Below are positions 39,379 through 53,600 of a DNA stretch of 64,000 nucleotides, piece after piece. The notes under the pieces are model-generated. The model searched no databases. It saw nothing but the letters and a program-made list of their open reading frames with translations, and was not told the origin of the DNA. The translations under genes were made by a program, and so were the position numbers. The first letter of the stretch is position 1. The number at the start of each line of letters is the position of its first letter. The stretch lies in the NCBI RefSeq assembly GCF_964355755.1, contig NC_092675.1, forward strand, positions 25,888,912 to 25,952,911. The letters are read 5' to 3'. This DNA comes from Antedon mediterranea (Eukaryota; Animalia; Echinodermata).

Positions 39379-39962
39379 CACGGCGTAGTTAATATAGGCC
39401 TACACTCCGCCTCCCTCACCCACCCTAGCAGCATAGTGTGTAGGCCTAGTATTAACCAGCCTAACCTCTAGGCCTAGCCTAGTAGTAGGCCTATTCTATA
39501 GCCTATAGGCCTAGCCCTAGTAGGTAGGCGCGCTAGCCTAGCCTGACCCTAGCTAGTTAGTAGAGGAGGCTAGAGGAGGCCTAGAGTATTTAACTAGGCC
39601 TATTCTATTAGCTAATTTTTCTATTCTTTGGGAAGTTTCAGTTTTCTACTAATGCTATCCGTTTGATTATGTAAAAAGGATTAACAATTTACTGATAAAA
39701 TGCTAGGCCATGGCTGGCTGGCTGGCTGACCCGAGTGTACGCCCCGCGGTTGTTCCGAGAAATATAGTTATATAGGATAGGTTTTAATGGATTGCCGGCG
39801 AAACAATTACGAGGCCTAGCCTAGCACTTGTAACATGCATATGATCGGTTGAGATTTTTGACCTAAAACACTTTAGATATGTACTAAGTTTGCATAAATC
39901 TACTAAAAGAATATATATTCTAATATTTGTAACAATATAACAATCAAAACTAAATCTAATAC

Positions 39963-39995
39963 CCTTGAAATTTCAAGTTTAAATGATGGAAAGAA
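39963..39995 (-). promoter_or_regulatory. Putative EF1D non-coding first exon starting at a TCT/5'TOP motif
   Basis: Minus strand reads TTCTTTCCATCATTTAAACTTGAAATTTCAAGG|GTATT. A pyrimidine start is expected for translation-factor genes. Confidence 0.5.
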
Positions 39996-41609
39996 CTGAT
40001 GAAATTCCCAATGTGGTCGACGTGTGATTCTAAAAGGACAGATTGATTCAAGAAAATGGCTTAAAGAACATCGTAGACATCGGCATTTGGTTTTAACAAC
40101 GTGGCCACCTGCATTTTAATTTATGCATACTTTATAATTATGCTGAATACCATTTCACTCAATGAATAATGTAAAGTAAAGCATTGAAATAATGAATAAC
40201 AAATAGATGAATTAATTTACAGATTACTTTATACTTTAATAAAGAGATGTAATTAATTTAAGTTAATAATAATACATTTACCGCTCAGTAAGAGTTAAAC
40301 TCTTCCCTGGTTAAACACACCAATTTTCCTTTACAAACAATGCTCCATGCTTTATCTTTTATAAGCATAGTTTTTTTAAAAGGAAACCTTTGCCTTTTCA
40401 GCAGTTTGCTTTTGCAAAATACAGCATTATCCATAAACAAATATTTTGTTTAATTTCACCTTTCTTTAAGAAAAAGAGGGGTGATCGGCCTACTATCTGA
40501 AGATCATAGAATTATACAGCCGATACATCGATTATAAAATACACTGATGATATTCGCGGTAGTAAGGCCTACTTTGACACAGTGTGACAGCATTGAAAGT
40601 GTGACAAACAAAATTATTCGTACAAAAAAATAAGTATGTCTACAAAAGAAAATAAGTTCTCTCTTCTTGAGCATGTCCAGCCATGCGTTCTAGTACTTGT
40701 TTTTCGTTTGTTAGACAAGTTCCATGCTGGTTATGGAATTTAGAATAGAACTCTCTAAGTTTTAGAACAACGAGCTTATACTCTCATGCCTATCGCACAA
40801 TATAGGCTGATATAAAGTGTGAATACAATTATGGGATATTAAAAGTCAGAGTCAGTTAGGCAATACTAGACCACATCCTCATTTGCAGGACATATCAATT
40901 TCTTTTATTTCGGAAAAATTTCGTTCATATCAACAAAATAATGTAGGCCCTACAGTACAAACAGAAAAAGAAAAAATGAGCCCGCCTAATGTAAGAATTT
41001 ATGATATTTTATGAAAGCAATTAAAATATCAGTTGATAAATTTGAATTGCATATTTGAAAGACATTAAGTGATTGGTGATACGGGATGAGTGTTGAATAG
41101 TCGATGCATGCGGTGCTTTTGTGGTTTAAGTTTAAAGTTTGATTTAATATCTGAGCTGATATAGCTAGCTGTTTCGTACCGGAGTACGAAACTCTCGAAT
41201 ATGGTGTTTGATTATTGTTAACCATAGAGGCAATTTATTATGCTTTTACGTCTTATTGCCGGCCTTTGCTTCATAATCATTTTTATTAAGAGTCTCATAG
41301 ACCTATAAGTGCTAAATGCTCTTAATGCATAAAAACCATACATAAAGCCAAAGCTAAAGCAAATAAACACATTTCAAAGCATGGACCTGTAAGCTGAGTA
41401 AATCCCAAAAACTTAAGAACAGAAGCAGTGGACCGTCAGTGTGAAGATTAGCATAACACAGGCCATTCAGTAAAACCATTTACCAATGCATGAATATTGT
41501 ATACTTCATTCAAAGTAAAACTTTCAGGCAGTACAGCACTGTTAGAGTAACATAAAGTATTAAGTATGATTAATATTTGATAGATTGACACCTTAACGAA
41601 CGTCATGAT

Positions 41610-44600
41610 ATGGAATTTACTTTAGGATTTTTACTTATTCTTCTACTGTCAGTGAATATAGCTGCACAAGGTAGGTAGTTTTAAAAAACATATTCATTTA
41701 GACCTCTAAGTAGGTCTTGTATGAAACAAGCACGAATGTGCAATACTCGGGGTACAGCGAAAGAAGCTGTATACAGACGTATACAGTTAGAAAGTTAAAG
41801 AAAAATAGGTTTCGCCAGGGCTCGAACCGGGACCTTCTGCGTGTTAAGCAGACTTGACAACCACTACACTACGAAACCTCTTACATTGAAATTGTGGGTT
41901 ACAGAAAGTTTTTTAATCCATTTAAATTACAAATAAATGGTAATAAGCACAAAGCAAAATAAACATGTGTAAAAGTGATAATTACCGATTACACAAAATA
42001 AGTATTTCAAAAAATAATAATAAGATATACTGTGTATAATTATCATATTGCGTATACAGTACTTTTCACCATAAAGTTAAAAAAAAAAGGTTTAGCCCGG
42101 GCTCGAACCAGGTACCTTCTGCGTATTGAGCAAACGTGATAACCACTACGCCAAGAAGCCGCATATAACCATATAACTAACATAACGCTGTGGTGTGTGT
42201 CACACATTGTGGATTCTTAATTAAACAAATTAATTTAAAAAAAATTAAAAATCCAGCTCTATAGCTTTGAGGACATGTCCCTGTAGTATGTTCATGCCAA
42301 ATCCCAGCTCAATACTACAACTAATAAGGGAGGAGTAGTACTTAAAGTAGTAAAAATCGCACTTTTTACTCAATAGTGTCCAGATGGTGGAGGAGAAAAT
42401 GAGTAAGTACTAGACTCGGGTACCCCGAGTAAAAACAACTAGACCCATCTTAATCGAATACCGTACGCGTACTACTAGTCTATGAAAACTTCCTATAATT
42501 GCATATTAATATTTTATATGGGCCTCTAATTGACGGTACAAAGTTATTTGACATAGTAGAACCTAATTTTTTGTGAGGTTGATGATAAATCTGGCCACCT
42601 AGATAATTGTACATTCATTTATACTAATGTAATATTTAGTATTGAATAGGCCTAGATGCGACATATGGCGTGTTATAGGATACCGGTATAATAAAATGCA
42701 GCCCTCCATAAGAAAATATGCTGTTATATAATTATAATACATAATATACGGATTCATATTATTATAGCCTATTAAACATTTAACATTCATGGATCGGCGT
42801 CTTGGTTTAAAAAAAAGAAAGAAAGAAAAAGGGAATAAACACATTTATTTGGAGTTTATGTGCTTTCATGGCATTAATAAATTCTTTTTGTGCTTTGCTT
42901 GTTTGTTTGTCTGTCCTGTTTTGTTTCTGTATGTTAAATCAAACATCAAAATATGATTGCAATTTGTTTTTCTTAACTGCCTAACCCGTCACAAGCTTTT
43001 TTTGGAGGAGACCTTCAAATTGCGTTACTTCTTAGGTTTTGCCTCTTAATTATTTACAGTTATCTAAATTGTATTTAGGCCTACAGTGAAAGAGAAAAGG
43101 AAATAAATGTTATTATTATGAATGAATCAATAAATGGTTGGCATTAAGACACCACTCCTATCATATCAAGCCACACCACTTTCTCGAAACTAAACTTTCC
43201 TAGTTTGCATTCGGACTATTGTTTGAGTCATAGTTGCCGTAGCGTAATACATGCCGATGTCATTGCTTGGCTGTCCAGTAATATAATAGCCAAACAATGC
43301 TTTGTGGTTTACACAATTATTATATCCATTGTACCATGTAACCAGCGGTACCGGTACAGATTGGCCCACACAACGTTTTGATTATGATACTTAATTTTTT
43401 CATTCGGTCTTTTAAACATTTTTTAAACAGATATTAATGCATTTTAATTGTAATAAACTTCACAGCAATATTAGCCCATTGTCGGATTCTCAGAAATTTA
43501 GAGTATGCGATTTTTGCTTCTGACCCTTTTTGTTGAAAGACTCATGGACGGTCAGGGCATAGTAAAAGATAAACCTCCACATACTATCTGTCGAATACGT
43601 GGTATTCGTTTTTGCTCATCTCTGTATAGGACATGCTTTAATTGTATTAATTTTCTAGTTCGTTTTTATAAAATAATTCATTATAATTAATATTGACGTT
43701 AGATATTGGCCTCATTATTTTAACTTCAAAATATTTCGCTTACAAAAATGAGGCCTTAGACCTTCACTTTTTTATACCATTCCAGCCCAGTATATACAGT
43801 ATTGAAGGATTTATTTGTAGGCCTATTTACGTCGTGTTAATACCGTTAAGTGTTGATCAATAACACACTCAAGCTCTGAGTCTGATTTTGACATTCAAAT
43901 TATTTTTTTTGTGTTAAATTAAATCCAAGACTTACCTGTACAGTAAGTAAAAAAAAAAAAAAATCGAAACAAAAAATCCACCACGTTGTCTTTTTACACG
44001 TTTGAATACGTGCGTCCACATTTTCCGATAATTTTCTGACCAATCATGGGTTTTGTTTACATCGCGCACGTGTTTTCACTTCACAGTCGATTCATTCGTC
44101 TACATCATAAATTATGCTTTAGGCCCACCATGCATAGAGAGATACATATTTTGTATACTATGTAATACTGTATTAATAATAGACAGCATGATTGGAGCAG
44201 GGCTTAGAGTATTGTTAGAGGAACATAAAGTGGGTGTATTCCATTTTGATATCCTAGGCCCTAGCTGAGGCCCCAGCAGACAGTGAGAGGCACACGCAAC
44301 ATCGAGCCAGTGTGCTTAGTTAGGGCAGTAGTAGGCTACACTTGCCCTACTGAATTTAGCTCTAGGCCTAGGTAGAATACTGTAGGCCTACTAGCATGGC
44401 ATATCACCAGCTAGTGGTTTATACTGCTCTCAACTCAAATTGAAGGTTGTAGAATAATGATGAGGAAGTATGGGAATTTTTCTTTCATTTGACATAAAGT
44501 TATGGATGCAAATCTAGCCTCTAGGCACAGGTGACTTTGCATTCTATAAGGAGGCCTATTGTGATTAACAACTGTGTTTTAGAGTTATGAAAATAGCCCA

Positions 44601-47600
44601 CACATGCAAATATTATAATAATTGTATAAACAAAAAACCTTCGAAAGATGTCACTATGAATTAGCTGAAAGCATCAGGTCTACTTTCATATAAATTTATG
44701 AGAACAAATTATTTTTGTTGATATCCTTTGAAGCAACGAGAAACGCAAACACATACATTTATATAATAAAAGAAGATTAAACAAAGATTTCTTTGTATTT
44801 GAGAAATCAGGTGCATGGTGACCTATGTTGACCTTTATTTCAAACCTGTACAGTGCACGTGAATTGCCAACATGATATTTATAGTGCATTTAATAATGGT
44901 TAAGAAAGGAAATTAAATTAAAAAAATGTTGAATGTTATTAATATTTCCTTATAGGCCTACTTGTATAATTATTTTGAAAATTTATTTCAGCAAGCATAT
45001 TCAATTGTTTTGTATAATTGTGAAAATGAAAACATCTGTGTCAATACAGAAATCAAATGCTAAGAATTCTAAATTCTGAATCAAATAAAACATTTATTTT
45101 TTGTTTTGATAGATGATGATCAGTGTGCAAGCTCTCCTTGTCTTAATGGAGGTACATGTGTAGATGCGGTTGACTTATTTGTATGTGATTGCCCTCAAGG
45201 ATGGGTTGGTTCCCGTTGTGAAGAATGTAAGTATAAAAATATCAATTACTTAATAATAAAATTTTTGTTTGACTAGTGCACTTCACTTTTTTTTAATTTT
45301 TACACTTTTACACCCTTTAAAAAAATGCTTTTTGATAGTCGCGCATAAATTCACTACATGAAATATTCAGACCACAAGCATCGACCGTAAATTCTACAGT
45401 GGCTCAGGTGTATTTTAGGTGTATTCGTTTGGTTTACTCGCAAACATCTTTCATTGAGTTACTAACTGCTCGCATACTTAAACAGCGAGGAGCTACATCT
45501 GCTGATGATTATCAGCATAAAAAAAACAGTCCAGTCAAATATACCTATGGAAACTCAGTCAATGATGTGGATCAAAATACTATCAAAATAAAATATACCT
45601 CTCTCAATGACTTTAAATTGCACTATGAATAAAATAACCTTTAAATCATGAATTCAGGTTTCTGAGTTTAAGCACCAAATTGATCCAAGCTATCACAGTT
45701 TCTACTTGTGACTTCCCGTACCACCATGGGTGCTGATATATATGACAATCTATTGTAAATAAATAAATAAGGATTTTCTACAATTGTTAACTGTACATAT
45801 GTACGCGCATTGATATATTTCCTGTTAATGTAAGATACTGTCGCCTACATAGTCAAACAATAAACATTTTCTGCATATAGACGTCGTTAAACATGTAAAT
45901 GTTTAGTAATATGTGGTAAAACATACAGAACTGTACAGTAATTATTTATTTGGTTTATTACAAAAAAATGTGTACAGTCAAATTTGATTCTTATATACAT
46001 TAACAAATAACATGATTTCAGAATGAAAACTATTTTTAATATCAATGGGTTACAATAGCATTTAAAGTATTTGAATATGTTATTTATATATTGTATTTAT
46101 ATTTAAAAAAATGTTTGATATTTTTAGTTTTATTTTAAAATGTGTATATGCACGACACATTCACTGAGAACTGTATTCAAAGTACAGTCAATTCTCCAAA
46201 TACCAGACTCTCTGAAAACCAGAAACTCTCCCAATACCAAAAAGTCCCAAATTCAGTTTTACCGTAAACATACAGTTTTCCGAATACCAGACTTTCCAGA
46301 AAACCAGACATATTTGGCCTGCCCAAAGATGTGCGGTATTGGGAGAGTTTACTGCATTAGATGGTTCTTACATGGGAGGTTGTTGCATATAATGGCTATT
46401 AAAGAATTACCACTCTCTATGGTGATGCAATCTATGCACTTTCTTGGTATTTTAAGGCACATTCACACTTGTTTCGTTTCATGGAATGGAAGATTAAATG
46501 TTGCCTTCTTTTCAGTGAAACGTAATAAATGTGATGTTTTAATCTATGGTTATACAGTAGAACTTCTCATTTAAGACACCCCTATTCAGGTGACATTCCC
46601 ATTTAGGGGTCATCCCCATTTAGTGGACTCCCCTATTCAAAAGATACTCCTTCTTATCATAGGACACATTCCCATGAAATGAATGAGGGACACTGTTAAC
46701 ACTATTATTCAGTGGACAACCCTATTAAAGCCTGTTTTCCTGACGTTATTCGACACTATCATCTTTGATCGTTAACAGTTTAACAATGATCGTTTGAAAA
46801 CGATCAAGTTATATTGATGACGATAGTGAGTACCTTTTTCTGTAAATGGTTAACATTTCAATGTTAACGTTGAAGATTTGCCAATTATTGTTAACGATAG
46901 CGTCAAATAACGTCGACAGGAAAACAGGCTTTAGGGAGTACTTTGCTTGGACCCTATTCTGTCGCCTTAATTTGGTTCTACTATTTGATAATAACATTAC
47001 ACCATTTGTTTTTGCTGCACGTTTGATTACTAATATTTACAGCATTGGATGCGTGCACTGGTATTACATGCTTTAACGGTGGACTTTGTGTAAATCATCA
47101 GTTTTTTGCAAGCTGCACATGCACACCAAATTTCACGGGTATCATGTGCCAAAACCGTACGTATTCATTTCTTTTTTTAATCCTTAACTTTAATAATTAA
47201 TATAATTGGTACCGTAAATCTTCTAATTCTAACCCTGGTTATTATTCTTTGATTGGTTTTCAGGGTGGGTCACTATTAGAAGCGGGGTTACTATTAGAGT
47301 AGTTGGTTACTATTACCAATTTTCTGGTCAGAAAATCGTAGCAAAATAATAAAACAGTACGAATAAATAATAATAACTTTATTTTATTAACTCAAAAACA
47401 CTCAATCCTCCCCACTCCCAAAATCAACATGCATTATCTCCTTGTTTTCAAAATACGGCTGCATCATAAACGACCAGTTTTCATAATGTCATTTTGTCAA
47501 TAGTTTTTGTGACTCTAATATTAACCCCCATGGATTACTATTAGAGTAGTGGGTTATTATTATAGATTGACTTATAAGGTGGGTTACTATTAGAAGAGGG

Positions 47601-50600
47601 GTTACTATTAGAGTGTGGGTTACTATTAGAAGATTAACGGTACTTCTATTTTGGCTTCAAAATATTATGGGAAAAACTGAACTGTTTAAGGAAAAACCAG
47701 AATCATAGTTATAAAGCTAAAGCTCAAAAGTCACATGGTATACACAGGGCATGTTTTTTTTCTTTCTAATATTCGGAACTCTTCATATATGGCTCTATGA
47801 GAAAGTTTATCAGATCACTGTATCAAGTACAATTTGTACTTTTTACACACAATGAGTAAGTACAGTACCTTGTACAATGAAAAGTTTCAAGTTATGGACA
47901 AACGTTAATACAAAGATATTATTCATACAATGAAGCTATAATAATACGGGTTAGTACTATCTAATCAGCTCCATGTTCATCATACCATTTGATTGTCATG
48001 CCCTTTTAAAAAGACAGGTATATAATAATACCAGGTCTAATACATACTAGATGGGAACATAACTGAAATTTGCTTCATTACTATTTTGAACAAAAAGCTA
48101 TATGTCATAATATCCTACCATTGTTTGGTTGTTTATTACTTACTTTCAGAGATAAACATATTATTGAATTAGAGAGTTGTACAGGTTAGACAAGATGCCT
48201 GCAAACTGTATAGTAAACAAATAAGGGGACGTGCTTTACTAGTCAACCTTGCAAGCCATTATCTCATAACACAATTAACAGTTTAACTGGAAATCTGTAT
48301 TTCTGTATTTTCTATTGAGCATACAAATTCCTACAACTGACTGGTCATTGATGTAACAGTCGGGCAAGGATAAACTATTGTTGGTTTCTTCAAAATACAA
48401 TACTTTTTCGGAAATTACATTGCCAACTATAATTGCAGTTTATTATTCATCAGCTCAATTAAATTTTTATATCAGTGATTCAGATGTATTTATTTATTGA
48501 AAAAGCAAATTACTGAAAAAATTACAATTCTGTGGTTATTGGATCTCAATGGAAATACAAATGGAATAAACAAAACGTTAAATCAGTAAAATAAAACAAG
48601 CAGACTACCAATCTTTCGGAAAACACTATTCCCTTGGGCTAATATTATTTAAATAGATGTATTCTTAAAAAAATAACAAACTATGAAAATTAACTTTCGC
48701 TATGGAGTAAGATTTGTACTTGTTTTGATAATACTGTACAGTATAATAATCATTTTAAATACTAAATACTACTTGCGTTCACGTAGTACATAAAGTTATT
48801 ACTGGTTCGGTACCATCATTGTCAAAAACAGGCAAATCATCATGTTTAATTTTACAATAGTTACTGTATATCTCTACACTTGATTAATTAAATATTAATC
48901 ATTAAATTCCATATTCATTTCATTTGGCAATTTAATAACTGTCATTGAAAACAAAGGTGGCTAATTACCAACAAAGTTAATATTAATAAACCAGTGATAG
49001 ACCATCGAATATCACCAATTTTGAGTTTGTTTAATTTGTACAAGTACTAATAATACAATTTAAACTCACTTTAAAATTTAATTTTAGCAAGCTAAAATGT
49101 TAAAACACTTAGTATGTATAAAGTAGTATCATAATTTAGTATGAAGAGTAGAGTTAATATTCAGTCCATAGACCTGGACCTGGACCTATACCTGTATACA
49201 TTTATACTGTAGGTCCATGGTATAAGGAATTACTTTAATTTGAAATAGATACTAATAGAAATATGAAAAATAATTGTTTGTTTACTTATGATGTTCAGTT
49301 TAATAATGTTGATATGAATGATTCTCACTCCTGAGGACGATCAAAGCATATTGATCGAAAAGTCGAGAAACCGATCAACAGTTCTTTTCAGAATTAACAT
49401 ACGCGGTGTACCGCAAACTTTATATCAACATTTGATTTCGCCATGCAAACCTTCAAACAGTTTAATAATGTTTGAAAAAAAAGTAACGTTCTTGAGTTTG
49501 TGGTTTGAATTTTGTATTTCAGGGGATTAAGGTAGGCTGTTGAAGGATTAAATAGATTTAGTGATCAGAAGCAAATCTCATTCACACTGTCCTTGATTGA
49601 TACCAATAAGTTACAGCAAAATAAACATATGTACCATATTCAAGTCATTGTATCGGCATGAGTAAACAATTCTGAAAATGTACTTGAACTAATCCCATAT
49701 TTAGAATAACTTAGATATATTATTCCATCTTTTTAGTATGTATTATTCAATAACTGTTCAAAGATCTGCTATTGGCTGTAATACTCAACAATAAAATGAA
49801 TATACAGTATTAATGATGTTTATTTAAAAAAAAACATATTTGTACAGAATAAACCACATCAGACAGGTCTGTTTTATTTATTGTCATGTTTTATTAAATC
49901 TATAAAGCTAAAACTACATGCTAACAATAACAACTATAAAAATCAACAAAATATGATTATACAGTACTAAATGATTATATAAAATAATATATATTTAAAA
50001 AAAAACAAATCAAAAGTATTTTTTTAGAAAAAATAATTCTTGTTATTTTTGTTTGTTGAATATGCCATTTTAATGTCACCTCATCGTAATCAATTTTTAC
50101 TAAAAATTTGATAAAAAAAAAAGCATTTACCTAAAAAACTGTAATTTAAAGCAAAAAATAGTCAAATTGGCTGCCAGTAATGGGGTTTTGGTTGAATTTA
50201 ACCATTTATTTTGTCATTTTATGAGTGAAAACATTTTAATAATTGTGTCCGTTTTTTTTCCTACGGAAGTGATTAACTTTATTAAAACTACAAAATAATA
50301 TAGTCTGATTTTATAAATTTTTAATTTTCATGTTTTTGGGACACAATTTTCATTTTTAAAGGAATCATAAGCTGATTCTCAAAGAGTTTAGCATTTACAA
50401 CTTTTATTTGTATTCAATTTTCAAGATTATTTTTAAAGATTTCTTGATTGTTAATATATTATCCCATGATGTAATAATAGTCAATGAAAATGAATACAAG
50501 GGGTTTTCTATGGTCCTTCTTGGTATTTAATGCGATTACATTGCTTGGAAACATTTCAATAGCTTTCTTTTTAAAGCCGAAGTTTATTATTATATAGAGA

Positions 50601-53600
50601 TTTAGTCTTATTTAAGTGGTTGGTAGCTTTTGTACCAGTTTGTGCCTGCTAGCAAGCTTATAGTGAGAACTGTATACAGTACATGTGGTGATTTTTTCTA
50701 TTCTAATTGTTATGGGAACCAGCGATTGTAACAATGTTTGTTATGTAATTTATATTACTGTACCTTTCAACTGTAATAATTTAGAAATAAAATATGTTTT
50801 TTAATTTTTTACATAAACATAATTTTAATATCATTATTGACTTTTAAAATTGTCTACCTGATTCAAGAAAACAATTATATATTGAAAACAGCACATAATA
50901 CACTTGTGTGAAAACTAAAAAATGGAAGAATATTAAAAGTGGAGCAATGAATAAGAATTGTTTATTTCTGTTCTTGATTCATTTTTTGGTGGTTACTATA
51001 TTAAAGTTTTGTAACATTTTAGATAATATGTTTTTTACTATGAGGCCTAAATGTTCCACAGTCTAACTGGCATATTGAGCAATACATGTTTTGATGCAGT
51101 AAACTTAATATACAGAAAATTTGCAGATCTTTGCTAACTAAACAGTTTTAAAATCCTTGTTTGGTTTTTACTATTCTAAATTTGTGTGTAAAGTCTAGAA
51201 AACCTTTTTTTGACTAGGAGGCCTAAATGTGTGCTAGTTCTACAAAGTCTAAACTGGCATATTGAGCAATACATGTTTTGATGCAGTAAACTTAAAATAC
51301 AGAAATTGGCAGATCTTTGTTAACTAAACATTTTTCAAAAATTATCACCAGCAAACATTAGCTCGCTTAGAAATGTTTGATTTGCTAGTTTGTAAGGGTG
51401 AATTTCGAACCCTGAAAATACAGTATAATTTGTTGAAAGATTATTGAGCTCTGGTTAAAAACTTTTTCATGTTGTCTTCATTAAAAGTGTATAAATGTAT
51501 TCAAAGATAAGATAAGATAACTTTTATTGATCCTCAAAAAGGAAATTCATTGCTCGTCATAATAACAAAGAAAACACTATAAAAACAAATATAGCATAAA
51601 ACCATTCATATAAAAACATCTAAAAAATTACAATATAAAATTATCTTCTTGACTTCCTGTTGTACTGGATGATACCGGAGGGAATAAAGGATTTAGCAAA
51701 TTGATTTGTTTTCACACTGAGGAGCCTCAATCTACCACTTGGATTAAGTTGGTCTATGATCACTTTGTGGAGAGGATGAGAGGCATCCGACTCAATGCGT
51801 TCGAAATCTTTCTGGAGGTGTTCTAGGTGCACATCGGTAAAGGAAGGCAGTTCCAGACCAATCATTTTACCAGCCCGACGGATGAAAGTTTCAAGGCGTC
51901 CTTTATTCCCTCCGGTAACATTACCAGCCCAACAGGAGAGGCAATACGTCCAAACACTACATATAACGGATCTATAGAACGAAAGTAACATCAAATCACA
52001 GGAGTTAAATTTATATAAAGTTCTCATACAATACATTCTGGGACTTAATTTTTTGCTGATGAAGTCTATATGGTCTCCCCAACTCAGTTTATCATTGAAA
52101 ACAATTCCTAGATACTTGTACTGGTCAACAATTTCAATTTCTTTACCTTTGATAGTGATTGGTTGAAAATTAAATTTATGTTTAGTCCTAAAATCAATGA
52201 TCATCTCCTTTGTTTTTGATGCATTTATTTGGAGATAATTATCGTCACAAAATTTAACAAATCTTTGTATTTCGCTACGATAGAAAAGAGAGTCTGAAAT
52301 AACTATTTTTTAATAGTAATAATATCCTTTTTTTATCTTTTTAGCTGCGACAGCATGCATGCCAAACCCTTGCTTTAATGATGGTATCTGTACTGTTGTG
52401 GGAGATAGTTCTAACTCGTACACTTGTACATGTACAGAAGGCTTCACAGGACAAAACTGCACAGAGTGTAAGTGACCCTTTCTGCATATAAAAACACGGT
52501 ACCGTAATTTTATATTAGTGCTTTCTTTGTTCACTTGAAATTGCACAAGTCTTTTATATCATGTTACATATTATAACAAGTGATTATTTTTGGGACTTAC
52601 AATTGACAACCTTAGACAAATAATTCTTTAGTACTTGTATTTTGAATAGCTTTAAACCAAACTAAATTTGTGCTTCAGGCAATTGAATTAGAGCATGAAA
52701 TATAAATAGCATTGGTAGCTATGGTTGTTGTACAGGAACAACAATTTGTACCTGGAAAAGTGTCAAATAATGGAGAATATTAGAATCTATAACTTAAAAA
52801 ACAGGTGGTGGTCACTTGTATGTAAAAATACAGATACACAATTTTCCAACCCTGCAAATGTACATTTCCCCTTTATTAGTTCACCTATGAACTTAACTGA
52901 AAAATGAATTTATTATTTATTTATTTGGATTTATGAAAATTTGATCTGTTGTCTACTATTGCATGATAAAACTGAACTTTTGAAATGTAATTGATTTTCA
53001 TTTCTAGTGCCAGGCCCATGTAGCCAATTCTCTGATCCCTACTGTTTTAATGGAGGAACGTGTATCGAGTCTCTTTCGCTACCGGATTGTACATGTGCAG
53101 CTGGTTTTTCTGGAACAAGATGTGAAACTGGTAAGACTGTACATTAAAGTACAGTACTATAATATAATATCATTGCAAGATACCGTAATGACTGAAAGTT
53201 GTGAAGCCATATTATGATATTATTGAACTCCTGTTTGTGCTTGGATTACTGAATAATTTTGTCTCTTATAAAATGTACTTACAGACAGTATTTAAAACAC
53301 TATTAAAATGGTAGCATTTAGATAATGTACCATTTGTGAAATTATTTAAGGAAAGTATGTCTTATAAGTGTGATTGGTGAATACCACCACTGGGCTGTAA
53401 ATGTCGGTAACAGTACTTTAATCATGGAAAATAGACAAGGCCTTGATTGATTGACCAGTTTACTTTTTCATTGCCACATTGTCAGTCTGAAATGATACAG
53501 TAATTAGGAAATAAAAAACGTTGTCAATTTAAATTTGCCATTTATATATTTTATTTTGCTTTCTGTGAATTATAGAGGATTTAGATTCTTGCTTTAGTCA

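Larger units (their letters stand above)
41724..42435. mobile_element. Helentron/HINE-like non-autonomous element containing two tRNA-like copies
   Basis: AAACAAG start, subterminal IR TACTCGGGGTAC / GTACCCCGAGTA, terminal hairpin ACTCGGGTACCCCGAGT followed by AAAAA. Confidence 0.55.

Noticed and set aside
46140-47076. ORFs of 60-144 aa in intron 2 of the EGF gene
   Set aside because: They overlap MITE remnants and show no recognisable protein motif.
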